Positions 18,407 through 27,311 of a stretch of DNA of 58,393 bases are shown here, piece by piece (position 1 is the stretch's first letter; every line of letters begins with the position of its first letter). Source of the DNA: a virus (taxonomy: Duplodnaviria > Caudoviricetes); IMG/VR virus record IMGVR_UViG_3300036770_008714, positions 1-58,393 of that record; one strand, 5' to 3'. Made by a program: the position numbers and the translations under genes. The notes beneath the pieces are model-generated. The model made no database searches. It saw only the letters and a list, made by a program, of their open reading frames with translations, and had not been told where the DNA came from.

Positions 18407-20215
18407 TCAGCGCGGGCGGACCACAAACCCTCCATCCACAGGCACCACGACCCCGCCGCCAGTACGCGCAGCGTAGCCCGCTTGCATTCTGTTGCGAAAG
18501 ATTGTTTCTGGGGGGGCCTCCGCATCTCCGCCACGCGCGGCCTGACTAAGGGCGATAGCCGGGGCGGAGTCTGGGACGCGGTTTACAGTTGTGCCGGCTG
18601 TGTCGATTGCATCCCGCTGCGCACGCTGCGATAGCAGATAAGAGCGAGTCGCAGGACGCGCGCCCACGGCCGCCATTGGCAACGGATTTCCTGTTGTGAT
18701 AGCAGTCAACGTCGCTGGAATCCAGTCCAGCGGACTGGTAGCATTTGGCGCTTCTTTCAGCGACTGCGCCGCTTTAGGAAAGGCCTGGCCAAATTCGGCT
18801 GCCTTTCGCAAATCACCACTCAACGGTTTGTTCTTTGCCAAGTCCGAAGCGAGTTTGATGGCATTCACAGCGCCAGTTTGAGGATTGAGCGCGTTTTGGA
18901 CCGTCCAACTTTTGGCGATCTGCTGGCGCGCGTCGCGAAACCCTTTGAGGATTTCGGCGCCAGGCTTACCAAGCCCCTGCAAGTGGGTTTCAAGCGTGTC
19001 TTCCAACGCTGCCGCTGCCTGGCGGTACGCCTTGCCCGATTGAGCTTCCCCAGCCCGGTAGGCTTTGTCAGCCCCCTCACGCATGGTGCGAATCGCGTTT
19101 AAAGCATCACCAGCATCAAACTGCGGGCTGCGCAGTGCCGCAATCTCACTCACAACCTCTGGCACTTTCATGCCAGGAAAGCTCTTTGACTGGCTGACAA
19201 ATGGTTTGACAGCCTCGTCCAGAGCTTCGGTGAATGCCTTTGTAGGTGTGACCATCCCAGCCGCTGCGACAGGCGCATAAGCCGCCGCCGCCTGTTTGCG
19301 CAACCCCTCCAAAGTATCGACGTTCAAATCAACTTCGTCGCTGATACCCAGGGCTTTGCGCGCGAGGCTGTTGGTGACGGTTTGATTGCGCACGGAGGCC
19401 GTTTGGCTGGTCTTTGCTTTTCCGCTGAAGCCCGACAGCGCTTCGATTCGCGCACCGGGGCTCAAGTCCACGGGCGGGATTACATAGCCATCTGCAGATG
19501 CGCGCATGGCGGCATCTCGCGTTTGACGCCCGCCCGGCGCCATTACTCGCGAAGGGCTCATAGCTACAGGCGCAATCGCCCCGGCAAGCCCCGCTGCGAG
19601 TTGCGCGCCTTCGCCTCCACCGCCTTCACGCACTGCCCCAGAAGCGCCCGCGCTCGCAGCCGCACTCACCGCTTGCAATTGAGGGTCTGCAGCCAGCACT
19701 TTCCCAACGCCCTGCACCACCGGCGATGCTGCGCCCTTGGCCAACGCCTGCCCAGCCTTCACAAGCCCGCCCGTCCCAGCCAGAGCCGCCGTGGCATCCC
19801 CAACGACCCGCTCTTGAGCGTTCTCAGGCTCAGGGAATCCAGCCCTCGACATGAGGCTATCGAGCGCCTTCCCTTGGTCTTTGGCGAAGCGAAAACCCTT
19901 GCCTTCGCCCATTGCTACGTCCAACCCTTTGTTGGCGACACCGGCAACAGCATCCGCAGCCATCGCTGGGAGCGCGGCCACGCCATTGACGGCGTGGCGG
20001 GCAGTCAGCCCCACCTGGCGCCCAACCTGCTGCACCAAGGAGCGCTCTGGCGTTGCGGGCGCGGCGGCTGGGGCTTGCGCTGGAGCTGCGTCAGCCAGTG
20101 GGGCCGACTTCCACCAATCATCCCCGCTTGCAGGTGCGGCACTCTGGGCGGCCTGGGGCGCGGCTTTTGGGGCGTCGGCCAGCGGCGCAGCTTCCCACCA
20201 ATTCGCAGTGCTCAT
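18407..20215 (-). CDS. DNA ejection / internal virion protein (P22 gp16-like position)
   Basis: Ala/Gly-rich, 602 aa, duplicated WWxxAPLAD N-terminal motif, coupled to the 847-aa gene. Confidence 0.7.
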   Translation of the reverse strand: MSTANWWEAAPLADAPKAAPQAAQSAAPASGDDWWKSAPLADAAPAQAPAAAPATPERSLVQQVGRQVGLTARHAVNGVAALPAMAADAVAGVANKGLDVAMGEGKGFRFAKDQGKALDSLMSRAGFPEPENAQERVVGDATAALAGTGGLVKAGQALAKGAASPVVQGVGKVLAADPQLQAVSAAASAGASGAVREGGGGEGAQLAAGLAGAIAPVAMSPSRVMAPGGRQTRDAAMRASADGYVIPPVDLSPGARIEALSGFSGKAKTSQTASVRNQTVTNSLARKALGISDEVDLNVDTLEGLRKQAAAAYAPVAAAGMVTPTKAFTEALDEAVKPFVSQSKSFPGMKVPEVVSEIAALRSPQFDAGDALNAIRTMREGADKAYRAGEAQSGKAYRQAAAALEDTLETHLQGLGKPGAEILKGFRDARQQIAKSWTVQNALNPQTGAVNAIKLASDLAKNKPLSGDLRKAAEFGQAFPKAAQSLKEAPNATSPLDWIPATLTAITTGNPLPMAAVGARPATRSYLLSQRAQRDAIDTAGTTVNRVPDSAPAIALSQAARGGDAEAPPETIFRNRMQAGYAARTGGGVVVPVDGGFVVRPR

Positions 20216-22755
20216 GGCTTGATCCTTGTGGTTCCGTCAGGAGCGATGAAGCGCGAGCCACTGGGCAGCTCAGCAAATGCCTGCTGGCTGTCGATCTTCA
20301 TAGCTGATGCTGGAGTGACGGCAGGAGATGGCGCTGATGCAGTACCGGGAGGCTTTGTAGCCGCGCTGGTAGGCTCTTCCAAGCCCCAGTTCGCCAAATC
20401 CTTCGTATCCACGCCCGAGCGCTGCAATGCAGAGCCCAACTGGTCTCGAATGCGGCCCAGCGACTCAGCGAATGCGGGCTCCGACATGTTGAAGTTCAGT
20501 GCACCCACCGCAGCATTGATCTTGTCGCCCTCGGCGTTGGACAGGGCGCCCATGCCGCGCAATTGCTGGATCATGGGCAAGAAGGTTTGTGCCTTGAGCG
20601 TTTCCACCTCTGCAGCGAAGTCTGCGGACTGATTGCCGGGGATGAAACGGTTCAGATTCCAGCCACCGGTGGCGCCCTGTCGCCCTGGGCTAGCCAGCAA
20701 CCGGTTGATCGTGCCGATGGCTTGGCGCGAACCGTCAAAGCCTGATTCTCTGGTTTTCGCATCGTCGGCCACTTTTGAGGCCGCAGGCCCACCCGGGATG
20801 GGCTCCATGCCGCCGTCCGCCTTCCAGCGGTAGCCAGGCGGGGCCTTGCCTTCCTGTTGCGCTTTCAGCCGTGCGGCTTCGGTCGCTGCCTGGGCCGAAA
20901 TCCCAGCGCGTGTGTTGTTCCCGCGCTCCGTTACCAATGTGCGGGCCAAGTCGTTCTGCCGATTTGCGGCGCCTTCTGCAGTGGTGGCGTTGACCTGCAA
21001 TCCCGCGCGCTGGAGATCGCCCTGCTCCCGCATGGCAGCCTGGGCTAGGCCCGGCGCGCTGGCTTGAAGTGCTTGGTCAGTGCCCAGCATGGCGCGGTAG
21101 GTCAGCGATTCAGGCGATTCGCCCTTGTTGCGGTCGAACCGGCCGCCGTTGGCCGTGATCGAGGATGCGGACACCAGGGCATTGCGCAGGTCGTTGCGCT
21201 TCTGCCAGCTGTTCTCGCTGGTCAGCACGGTAGGTGCCTGCACTGGAGCCGGTGCGTTGGGCATCAAGGCCATTGCATCGGCTGCGCCACGGCGCGCAAG
21301 TCCATCAGCGGCGCCCATGCTCTGCGTGCTGACCTGCCCGCCGTTTGGATTGGCTGGCATGGCGCCCATAGCCTGCACTGCAGGAGCCGGGGCAGACATG
21401 GATGCAGCGCGGGTCAGGGCGCCAGCGGGTTGTGTTGGAGCCTGGGCGGGCGCAGCCTGTGGAGCTTCCCAGCTGCCGGTCACTCCACCGGCACCGCCGC
21501 CACCTCCAGAACTGCCGCCACCACCATTCCAGCCAGGGGGCGCGCTTGACGGGATCTGCATCAGGCGCTTCTGCAAGTCATCCTCTACCAGCCCGCCGTC
21601 CGCATACCGGCGCGGCTGGAACCCGTAGGCCGCACGGCTCTGGAACGTGGATTGAGGCATGGAGATACGCGAGTCCACCGGAGGCGGTGCTGGTGGCGTG
21701 GGCTCAGGTGGTGGCGCAGCGGGCGCGCGGGCGGTCTTGCTCCACTCGGGCCGGTTGGTGATGGACGCTGCCGACACGTCGGCATTACGCTGCTTGTTGC
21801 GGTCCAGCCAGCCCATGGCTGCCGCTGGTTGTGGTGCTGGAGTGGGTGCAGTGGGGGCCGCTGCCGGAGCCGGAGGCGCGGTAAGCGCGGCCGCTGCATT
21901 CTGGGGAGCAGGCGCTGCTCCGGGCTGCTGCTTGGCGACTCGGTCCCACTCAGGGTTGATCATGCTGACCACAGTGTTTGGCGGGCGAGTTGGTGCTGGG
22001 GGTGCAACGGGCTGCGATGGCACAACGCTGACCGTACCGTTTCCAGGCTGATAGCCGGAATCCACCTGGGTCACGCCAGGGTCGCGCGTCACCGCTGCGG
22101 CATCGCCAAAACTGTTGGGGCGGTTCGGGTCCACCATGCCGCCGTCTGCGTACATCTGGGGCATCTGCGCCATGCGGTCGGCCGGGTTGAAGCCCTGGGC
22201 GCCGTCATCGTCGTCCACCTCGGAATCAGTCTGCCCACCGTCTTCGCCGTTCACGGGCGTGTGCGTGGCGTCCTTCATGAGCTTCAGCACGGCCTCGCCA
22301 ATGGCCATCACCTGCTCAGGAGGAAGCTTCATCTCACCATCGCTCAAGCGGACAGGAACCGTGCCCATCTTCTCCAGCGCGCTCGGGCCGATTGCGGCCG
22401 TAGAGTCGGCGGGCATGATGTACGTGCCGGGCTCGGCTTGGTCGGGGATGCTGTCGCTGGTTCCAGTGCCGGGGCCGCGCACCATGCCGCCACGGGCCAG
22501 CATCTGCGGCTGCTGCTTGAAACCCATGGCTTCCATTTTCGGAATCATGGCCATCAACTGGGCTGCTCGCGGGTCTGTGGGTGGAGCGGGAGTTGGAGCC
22601 GGAGCTGGCGTCTGTTTGAAGCCCATGGCCTGCATTTGGGGGATCATTTCGCGCAGCTGGCTCAGGCCGCGTGCACCAAAACCCACGGCGCCGCCATCTG
22701 CATAATTTTCTGGAAGTTGCGCGAGGCGGCGCGCGGCTGGCATGTTGACTTGCAT
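20212..22755 (-). CDS. DNA ejection / internal virion protein with repeated (Y/L)A(D/R)GG motifs
   Basis: GPGTGTSDSIP domain, Pro/Ala linkers, GMGALSNAEG motif, C-terminal LPSGSRFIAPDG. Confidence 0.72.
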   Translation of the reverse strand: MQVNMPAARRLAQLPENYADGGAVGFGARGLSQLREMIPQMQAMGFKQTPAPAPTPAPPTDPRAAQLMAMIPKMEAMGFKQQPQMLARGGMVRGPGTGTSDSIPDQAEPGTYIMPADSTAAIGPSALEKMGTVPVRLSDGEMKLPPEQVMAIGEAVLKLMKDATHTPVNGEDGGQTDSEVDDDDGAQGFNPADRMAQMPQMYADGGMVDPNRPNSFGDAAAVTRDPGVTQVDSGYQPGNGTVSVVPSQPVAPPAPTRPPNTVVSMINPEWDRVAKQQPGAAPAPQNAAAALTAPPAPAAAPTAPTPAPQPAAAMGWLDRNKQRNADVSAASITNRPEWSKTARAPAAPPPEPTPPAPPPVDSRISMPQSTFQSRAAYGFQPRRYADGGLVEDDLQKRLMQIPSSAPPGWNGGGGSSGGGGGAGGVTGSWEAPQAAPAQAPTQPAGALTRAASMSAPAPAVQAMGAMPANPNGGQVSTQSMGAADGLARRGAADAMALMPNAPAPVQAPTVLTSENSWQKRNDLRNALVSASSITANGGRFDRNKGESPESLTYRAMLGTDQALQASAPGLAQAAMREQGDLQRAGLQVNATTAEGAANRQNDLARTLVTERGNNTRAGISAQAATEAARLKAQQEGKAPPGYRWKADGGMEPIPGGPAASKVADDAKTRESGFDGSRQAIGTINRLLASPGRQGATGGWNLNRFIPGNQSADFAAEVETLKAQTFLPMIQQLRGMGALSNAEGDKINAAVGALNFNMSEPAFAESLGRIRDQLGSALQRSGVDTKDLANWGLEEPTSAATKPPGTASAPSPAVTPASAMKIDSQQAFAELPSGSRFIAPDGTTRIKP

Positions 22756-22774
22756 GGATGGCCTTTCGGATCAA

Positions 22775-22823
22775 TGCAGGCAGTTTTCCCGCGCGCGGCT
22801 GGCGCGTCGAACCCTACTGGGGG
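22775..22823 (-). promoter_or_regulatory. Late promoter L5 (ejection genes, leadered)
   Basis: Box 22810-22823, N22, AAAACT, N6, A22775; AAAGG SD then ATG 22755. Confidence 0.8.
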
Positions 22824-22826
22824 CGC

Positions 22827-23501
22827 CTACCAGCTGGAGCGAACGAGGGGTGGCCGATTGTCGCGCTGCTTGCGTTGAACGTTGGCATCGGGACGCGCGC
22901 CAAACGAGCGCTCAAACGATGCCTCAAACTCGATGGCCTTGGACTTGTCGAATGCGTCTGCGTCCTGCTTGAGGTATGCGCAGCGATAGACCCAGTCTTT
23001 CAGGCGTTCATGAAACCGCTCTGGCAGCTCTGGCTTGGCCGTTCCGTTGGCGGCAGTGAGTTTGTTGAGTGCGCCACGATTGACGGTCAGCGCGATGGTT
23101 CCAGCGCTGGTTGGAGTGGGCCATAGGCGCACCCTTGCCGGAGAACCCCCGCTGGCCTGCTCGAAGATGTACCGGCGCGGCTCGCCCGTCCTGCTTTCCC
23201 AGTTCGAGGATTCGCAGTAGTCCATGGCCTCCACGCTGGTTTCGTCCAATGGGCGGCCTAGGTAGGAAATCCGCTTGATTCGGATGACCGAAGGGTGCAG
23301 GTTGTACGTTGACACACCGGCCGACAGCGTGACGCTGCAAACAGCCGGAGTTGCCCGGTCTTCGGTCAGGAACGCCCGTTCATTCGCCTCCTGTACCGCG
23401 TCGTTGAGGTAGCGGACGATGTCGGCATCACTCCACAATTCCCCATCAACACCGTCCCGAAGGTCGGCACGGAAGGCGGCGATGAACTCTGAGACGTTCA
23501 T
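22827..23501 (-). CDS. Head-tail adaptor protein
   Basis: WSDADIVRYLNDA...PELPERFHERL.DWVYRCAYLKQD motif; follows capsid genes. Confidence 0.75.
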   Translation of the reverse strand: MNVSEFIAAFRADLRDGVDGELWSDADIVRYLNDAVQEANERAFLTEDRATPAVCSVTLSAGVSTYNLHPSVIRIKRISYLGRPLDETSVEAMDYCESSNWESRTGEPRRYIFEQASGGSPARVRLWPTPTSAGTIALTVNRGALNKLTAANGTAKPELPERFHERLKDWVYRCAYLKQDADAFDKSKAIEFEASFERSFGARPDANVQRKQRDNRPPLVRSSW

Positions 23502-23510
23502 GGTTTTGTC

Positions 23511-23864
23511 TTACGCGTCGGGCTTGGTCATCTCTTCAAAGACAGCATCCACTTCGGTGCGCGATGCCTGGAACCCCAAACGTGCGTTGAGCTTCTTCAG
23601 GTTGGGCTTGCCGTCGTCGTTGAATGCGTCCTGATCTTCGCCATCCATCAGCGCATTGATGGCGTCAGCGATGACTTGCTTGCGGTCGAACTGCGGGGCC
23701 GAACCAGCAACAGGCGCGACCTCGTCGCCAGCCAGGGCGCCACGTGCGATGGCCTCTCGCTGGAACATCGGCTCCAGGTCCACGCCTTCGGGCGGGATGA
23801 CGCAGGTATGGCCGGTTGTCAGAGCCACATGCATAGGCTCGTCAGTGGGAGAGCGAAATTTCAT
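23511..23864 (-). CDS. Hypothetical head-associated protein
   Basis: AAGGA SD; C-terminal FNDDGKPNLKKL...RTEVD HeH/LEM-like motif. Confidence 0.65.
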   Translation of the reverse strand: MKFRSPTDEPMHVALTTGHTCVIPPEGVDLEPMFQREAIARGALAGDEVAPVAGSAPQFDRKQVIADAINALMDGEDQDAFNDDGKPNLKKLNARLGFQASRTEVDAVFEEMTKPDA

Positions 23865-23877
23865 GATTTTGTCCTTC

Positions 23878-23908
23878 AAAAAACCCGGTGGTGATCAAGC
23901 CACCGGGT
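23878..23908 (-). terminator. Rho-independent terminator
   Basis: CCCGGTGG-loop-CCACCGGG followed by TTTTTT on the minus strand. Confidence 0.7.
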
Positions 23909-23946
23909 GCAAAAGGCCGTTTCCGGCCTGACCACTGAGAAAGGGT

Positions 23947-24360
23947 TTAGCCTTGGCTGAAGGCTGCGCGGCCGTCCACGATGTACTCGACAACGAGACG
24001 ACCCACGCCAGCGGAAGGCGCCGTGCCGGTGCCATTCCAAACGACACCCACGGTGCTGGGTTCGCTGTACTTCTTGCCGGTCACCACGATTGGGATTGCG
24101 CCAACAGCGGTGATGTCTGCCGACAGGGCCGCATAGGTGTCCTTGGTGGCGGAGGCAGAGCCCACCTTGTCACCAATGGAGAACTTGTCGTCCGTGGCGG
24201 AGTTGAACAGCGTGGTGATGGCCAGATGGCCGCCAACTACGATGGCGTTGCCGGGCAGATCAACGGCAGCCATGTAGGTGTCGTCGGTCACGTCGGCATA
24301 GGTGAAGTCGGCAGTGGCCGCGATGACTTCCTGGCGGCCAGATTTCTTGGTGATGGTCAT
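23947..24360 (-). CDS. Capsid decoration / cement protein
   Basis: 137 aa beta-rich, directly after the major capsid gene; LPGNAIVVGG...G...VEY motif. Confidence 0.7.
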   Translation of the reverse strand: MTITKKSGRQEVIAATADFTYADVTDDTYMAAVDLPGNAIVVGGHLAITTLFNSATDDKFSIGDKVGSASATKDTYAALSADITAVGAIPIVVTGKKYSEPSTVGVVWNGTGTAPSAGVGRLVVEYIVDGRAAFSQG

Positions 24361-24423
24361 GATGAAATTCCTTCAACAACAGGGAATGGATGAACGGGGC
24401 CGAAGCCCCGCTCGCTTGGCTGC

Positions 24424-25527
24424 TTATTGCAGGTAGTGGTCCACGGACACCACACCGAAGTCCTCGACGGACTGGTTGTAGATGCTGTAGAACTTTGGCT
24501 TCAGGAGGCCGAACATCTTGTCGATGTTGATGCCCTGCTGGCTGCCGTACTGGAACGTCTTCTCGTCCCATTCGGCGGGGCCAAGGTCGGCCATACCCAG
24601 AGCCTGAGCGCCGCACAGCAGCGTGCGGGTGCCATTCACCAGACCACCAGAACCCCACTTCGAGCCCGATGCAGCGCCCTTGGTGGTGTAGACCAGGCGG
24701 TGTTCGTGGATTACGGCACCGTCAACGGTCACGGTTGCGCCGGTGAACCATGGAGAATCCGCGCCGGACTTCGTGGCCACCGCCACCACTGCGCGCTGGT
24801 AGTCGGGATCCTTCTTCAGGGCCGCCAGCGTGCCAGGGGCAACCAGGAGCACGTAGTACTCCTTGCCGCCTTCCATCAGAGGCTTGACGTAGTTCTCTTT
24901 CGCGTAGGCGATGAGATCCACGATCATCTTGTAGCTTGGCACGTAGCCGGTTGTGATGCTGCCGGTTGCGGAGACAGCCAGCGACGTACCGTCCCACATC
25001 AGCGAGCGCTTGGCCGAAGGTGCAGACACATCGGCGGCGAATGCCAGGTTGGGGAACGGAGAGCCAACGCGGGCCGCGCCGTTGTTTTGGAAGGCGTAGC
25101 TGATGCCAGACAGCGTCAGGAACGTCAGCTGATCGGTGCGATTGGCCAGCCAGTAAGCAAGGCGGTCCTTGCCCATCTCGCGGAAGTTGATCACCGTCTT
25201 CTGGTCAGCCAGCTTGCCCTTGTTGCGCACGCTGTGGGTGAGCTGATCAATGGTGATGATCTGCGAGTACGACTGCATCGATTCCTCGTTGCCTTCGCGC
25301 TCGTTGTCGCCGATCACGCCGTCTTGGACCAGGTCGGCCACCAGATGCATGATGACCTGCTCGCCCTTTTCGGTCTTGGTCAGCTCGGTGATGCGCTGGA
25401 TCATCGCGTTCTGGCCGGTGCCCAGGAAACGCTTGACGAACATCTGGTCGCGTGCGGCGGACCACACATCGCGAGACCAGACAAGTTTTTGCTGCGGCGT
25501 CAGGGCCGCAAAATTGGTCAGGCTCAT
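24424..25527 (-). CDS. Major capsid protein, N4-gp56 / DUF4043 family
   Basis: TNFAAL...IQRITELTKTEKG...DGVIGDNEREGNEE...LLCGAQALG...GLLKPKF...EDFGV; AAGGAG SD. Confidence 0.92.
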   Translation of the reverse strand: MSLTNFAALTPQQKLVWSRDVWSAARDQMFVKRFLGTGQNAMIQRITELTKTEKGEQVIMHLVADLVQDGVIGDNEREGNEESMQSYSQIITIDQLTHSVRNKGKLADQKTVINFREMGKDRLAYWLANRTDQLTFLTLSGISYAFQNNGAARVGSPFPNLAFAADVSAPSAKRSLMWDGTSLAVSATGSITTGYVPSYKMIVDLIAYAKENYVKPLMEGGKEYYVLLVAPGTLAALKKDPDYQRAVVAVATKSGADSPWFTGATVTVDGAVIHEHRLVYTTKGAASGSKWGSGGLVNGTRTLLCGAQALGMADLGPAEWDEKTFQYGSQQGINIDKMFGLLKPKFYSIYNQSVEDFGVVSVDHYLQ

Positions 25528-25693
25528 AGCCATGCTCCTTGATTGGTTACGGACTAAGGCGTGCGCTGCCAATGCGAGAAACATGACTACAAGGCGGTCA
25601 AGAGCGCCTGGCCGTTTAACGTCCTGCCGTGTGGACGAAATCACCCTGGAGAGGATGGCCAGCAGGCGGGTGGTCTCCCGCTGGCCCTGAGCG

Positions 25694-26725
25694 TCAGTCG
25701 CCGCGCAGGCGCTTCTTCTCAGCCGGTGTCAGCGCCTCGAATTGCTCCTCGGTCATCTGACTAACATTCACGCGTGCGGCGGTTGCCCGCTGCCCGATAC
25801 CAGCCTGCAATGCCGGTGGTTGAGCGGTTGAATCCGCTGCACCACGGGCTAGTGCTGCTGCTGGACGTGAGTCTTTCGCAGGTTCGCCATTTGCAGAAAC
25901 CCTACTGGGGGGCGCCTCGCCTTCAGGGGCGAATTTCGGGGCGATGGTGTTCGCTGCGTCTGCCAGTGCGAGGTGGGGAGGCATGCCGTTTGCAATCTTG
26001 CGGTCGCGCGCAGCCAGGATTAGTTCCAGCGTGTCTGCGCCTTCCGGAGTGTTCAACCATGGGTAGGCAGCCGACACGCTTTCGGCGGTGGTCTTCAGCA
26101 GCTGCGCGGACTGCCGGGCCGTCAGTTCCTGAGTGGCTTGGGCAGATGCCTGGTGTTGGAGGTATGCGTTGATCTGGCGGCGAATGGCCACAGCGCCCTT
26201 CGTGTCACCCTCCATGAGAGCGGCAACATAGGCTTCTTCCTGGGCCTCGACGTCGAATTCACCAGCTGGTGCTGCGGCGGCAGTTGCAGGGGCTGGTGCT
26301 TTCGCAGCTGGCGCCGGTGCAGGTGTTGGGCTTGCAGCGTCGGGCTTAGCGCCCTTCAGGCGAGCGATTTCTTCATTAGCGGCGGCCAGCGCAGCAAGAG
26401 CGTCCTTGCGCTGCTGGTTCACTTCATTGAAGCGGCCCTTTGGGATGCCAGTGGCAGCGGGGCGCCCGTGTTCGCCAGCAGCATCGTCTGCGCCGCCTTG
26501 ACCTTCGCCAGTCGCTTGATCTTCCTGTTCTACTGCGTTGGGGTCTGCATCTCCAGAGCCATCGTCGTTGGCCTCGACCAGCGATGCCAGGTTGTCTGCG
26601 GTCAGAGCAGGGTCAACCACATCGCCGCGATCCACCACAGACGTGTCTGTTCCACCGGTGTCGGTGCCATCTTCGCCAGCAGGAGCCATTACGCGGGTCA
26701 TCATCATCTTGAGCAAGGGGTTCAT
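25694..26725 (-). CDS. Capsid scaffolding protein
   Basis: Acidic N-terminus, IPKGRFNEVN, C-terminal MTEEQFEAL...KRLRGD; upstream of capsid gene. Confidence 0.8.
   Translation of the reverse strand: MNPLLKMMMTRVMAPAGEDGTDTGGTDTSVVDRGDVVDPALTADNLASLVEANDDGSGDADPNAVEQEDQATGEGQGGADDAAGEHGRPAATGIPKGRFNEVNQQRKDALAALAAANEEIARLKGAKPDAASPTPAPAPAAKAPAPATAAAAPAGEFDVEAQEEAYVAALMEGDTKGAVAIRRQINAYLQHQASAQATQELTARQSAQLLKTTAESVSAAYPWLNTPEGADTLELILAARDRKIANGMPPHLALADAANTIAPKFAPEGEAPPSRVSANGEPAKDSRPAAALARGAADSTAQPPALQAGIGQRATAARVNVSQMTEEQFEALTPAEKKRLRGD
25862..25912 (-). promoter_or_regulatory. Late promoter L6, inside the scaffold CDS and upstream of the capsid gene
   Basis: Box 25898-25912, N22, AAGACT, N7, A25862. 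Confidence 0.8.
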
Positions 26726-26756
26726 GGTTTGGTCTTTCTCAGTGGTTGGTGTTTTG

Positions 26757-26933
26757 TTACTTCTTCTCGGTCTGCAGGCTCTGCAGCTCCGCGATCTTTT
26801 CCTTGGCCTTTGCCAGGGCGGCTTTCAGGCGCTTGGGGTCCTTGCGGATCTCTTCGGCTGCAGCCAAAGCGCGCATGTCGCTCTCGGCGCGCCAGTCCTG
26901 CTCGCTCTTGTCGCTAACGGTGATTCCTTTCAT
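26757..26933 (-). CDS. Small basic protein (58 aa, MKGITVSDKSEQDWRAESDMRAL...KDPKRL), not in the ORF track
   Basis: AAGGAG SD; hand translation. Confidence 0.75.
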   Translation of the reverse strand: MKGITVSDKSEQDWRAESDMRALAAAEEIRKDPKRLKAALAKAKEKIAELQSLQTEKK

Positions 26934-26960
26934 GCCGATCTCCTTTAGTTGGTTGGAAAT

Positions 26961-27290
26961 TCAATCGCGGGTCTGCTCGCGGGCAATGGCGTGCACCACC
27001 CCGTGGAAAACGTAGGCCGCAGCGCGCTCGGAAGCGGACAACGTGGCCACAGCCACCCCGTGCTGGGCGGTTGGGTGAAGTCCTGGGTTGTTCAGGAATG
27101 CCGCCACCCGGGCGCAGGTGTGGGCCTTTTCCTTCTCCGGCAGCGACTCCCAAGGCGGCGTGGTGTAGTTGCCATAGGCGGTGTTGTGGCCAGCGACGAC
27201 TTCATGGGCAACGCGGGCGATGGCTTTCACCAGGCCGTCGTCTGCGGTGTTGGCGCCTTCTTTGGCTGTGGTTTCTTGCTGGGTGGTCAT
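26961..27290 (-). CDS. Hypothetical protein, RyR-repeat-like
   Basis: AIARVAHEV...PPWESLPEKEK. Confidence 0.6.
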   Translation of the reverse strand: MTTQQETTAKEGANTADDGLVKAIARVAHEVVAGHNTAYGNYTTPPWESLPEKEKAHTCARVAAFLNNPGLHPTAQHGVAVATLSASERAAAYVFHGVVHAIAREQTRD

Positions 27291-27311
27291 GGTCTTCTCT
27301 CTCAGTGGTGG

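Noticed and set aside
19382-22878. Long plus-strand ORFs (416 aa and 408 aa) and similar ORFs opposite the capsid, portal and coiled-coil genes
   Set aside because: Typical stop-poor antisense frames of GC-rich genes, with no SD or recognisable motifs
25528-25644. N-terminal extensions given by the ORF track for capsid, portal, holin, dnaB, cI and others
   Set aside because: Internal ATGs with an SD, translational coupling or promoter position fit better
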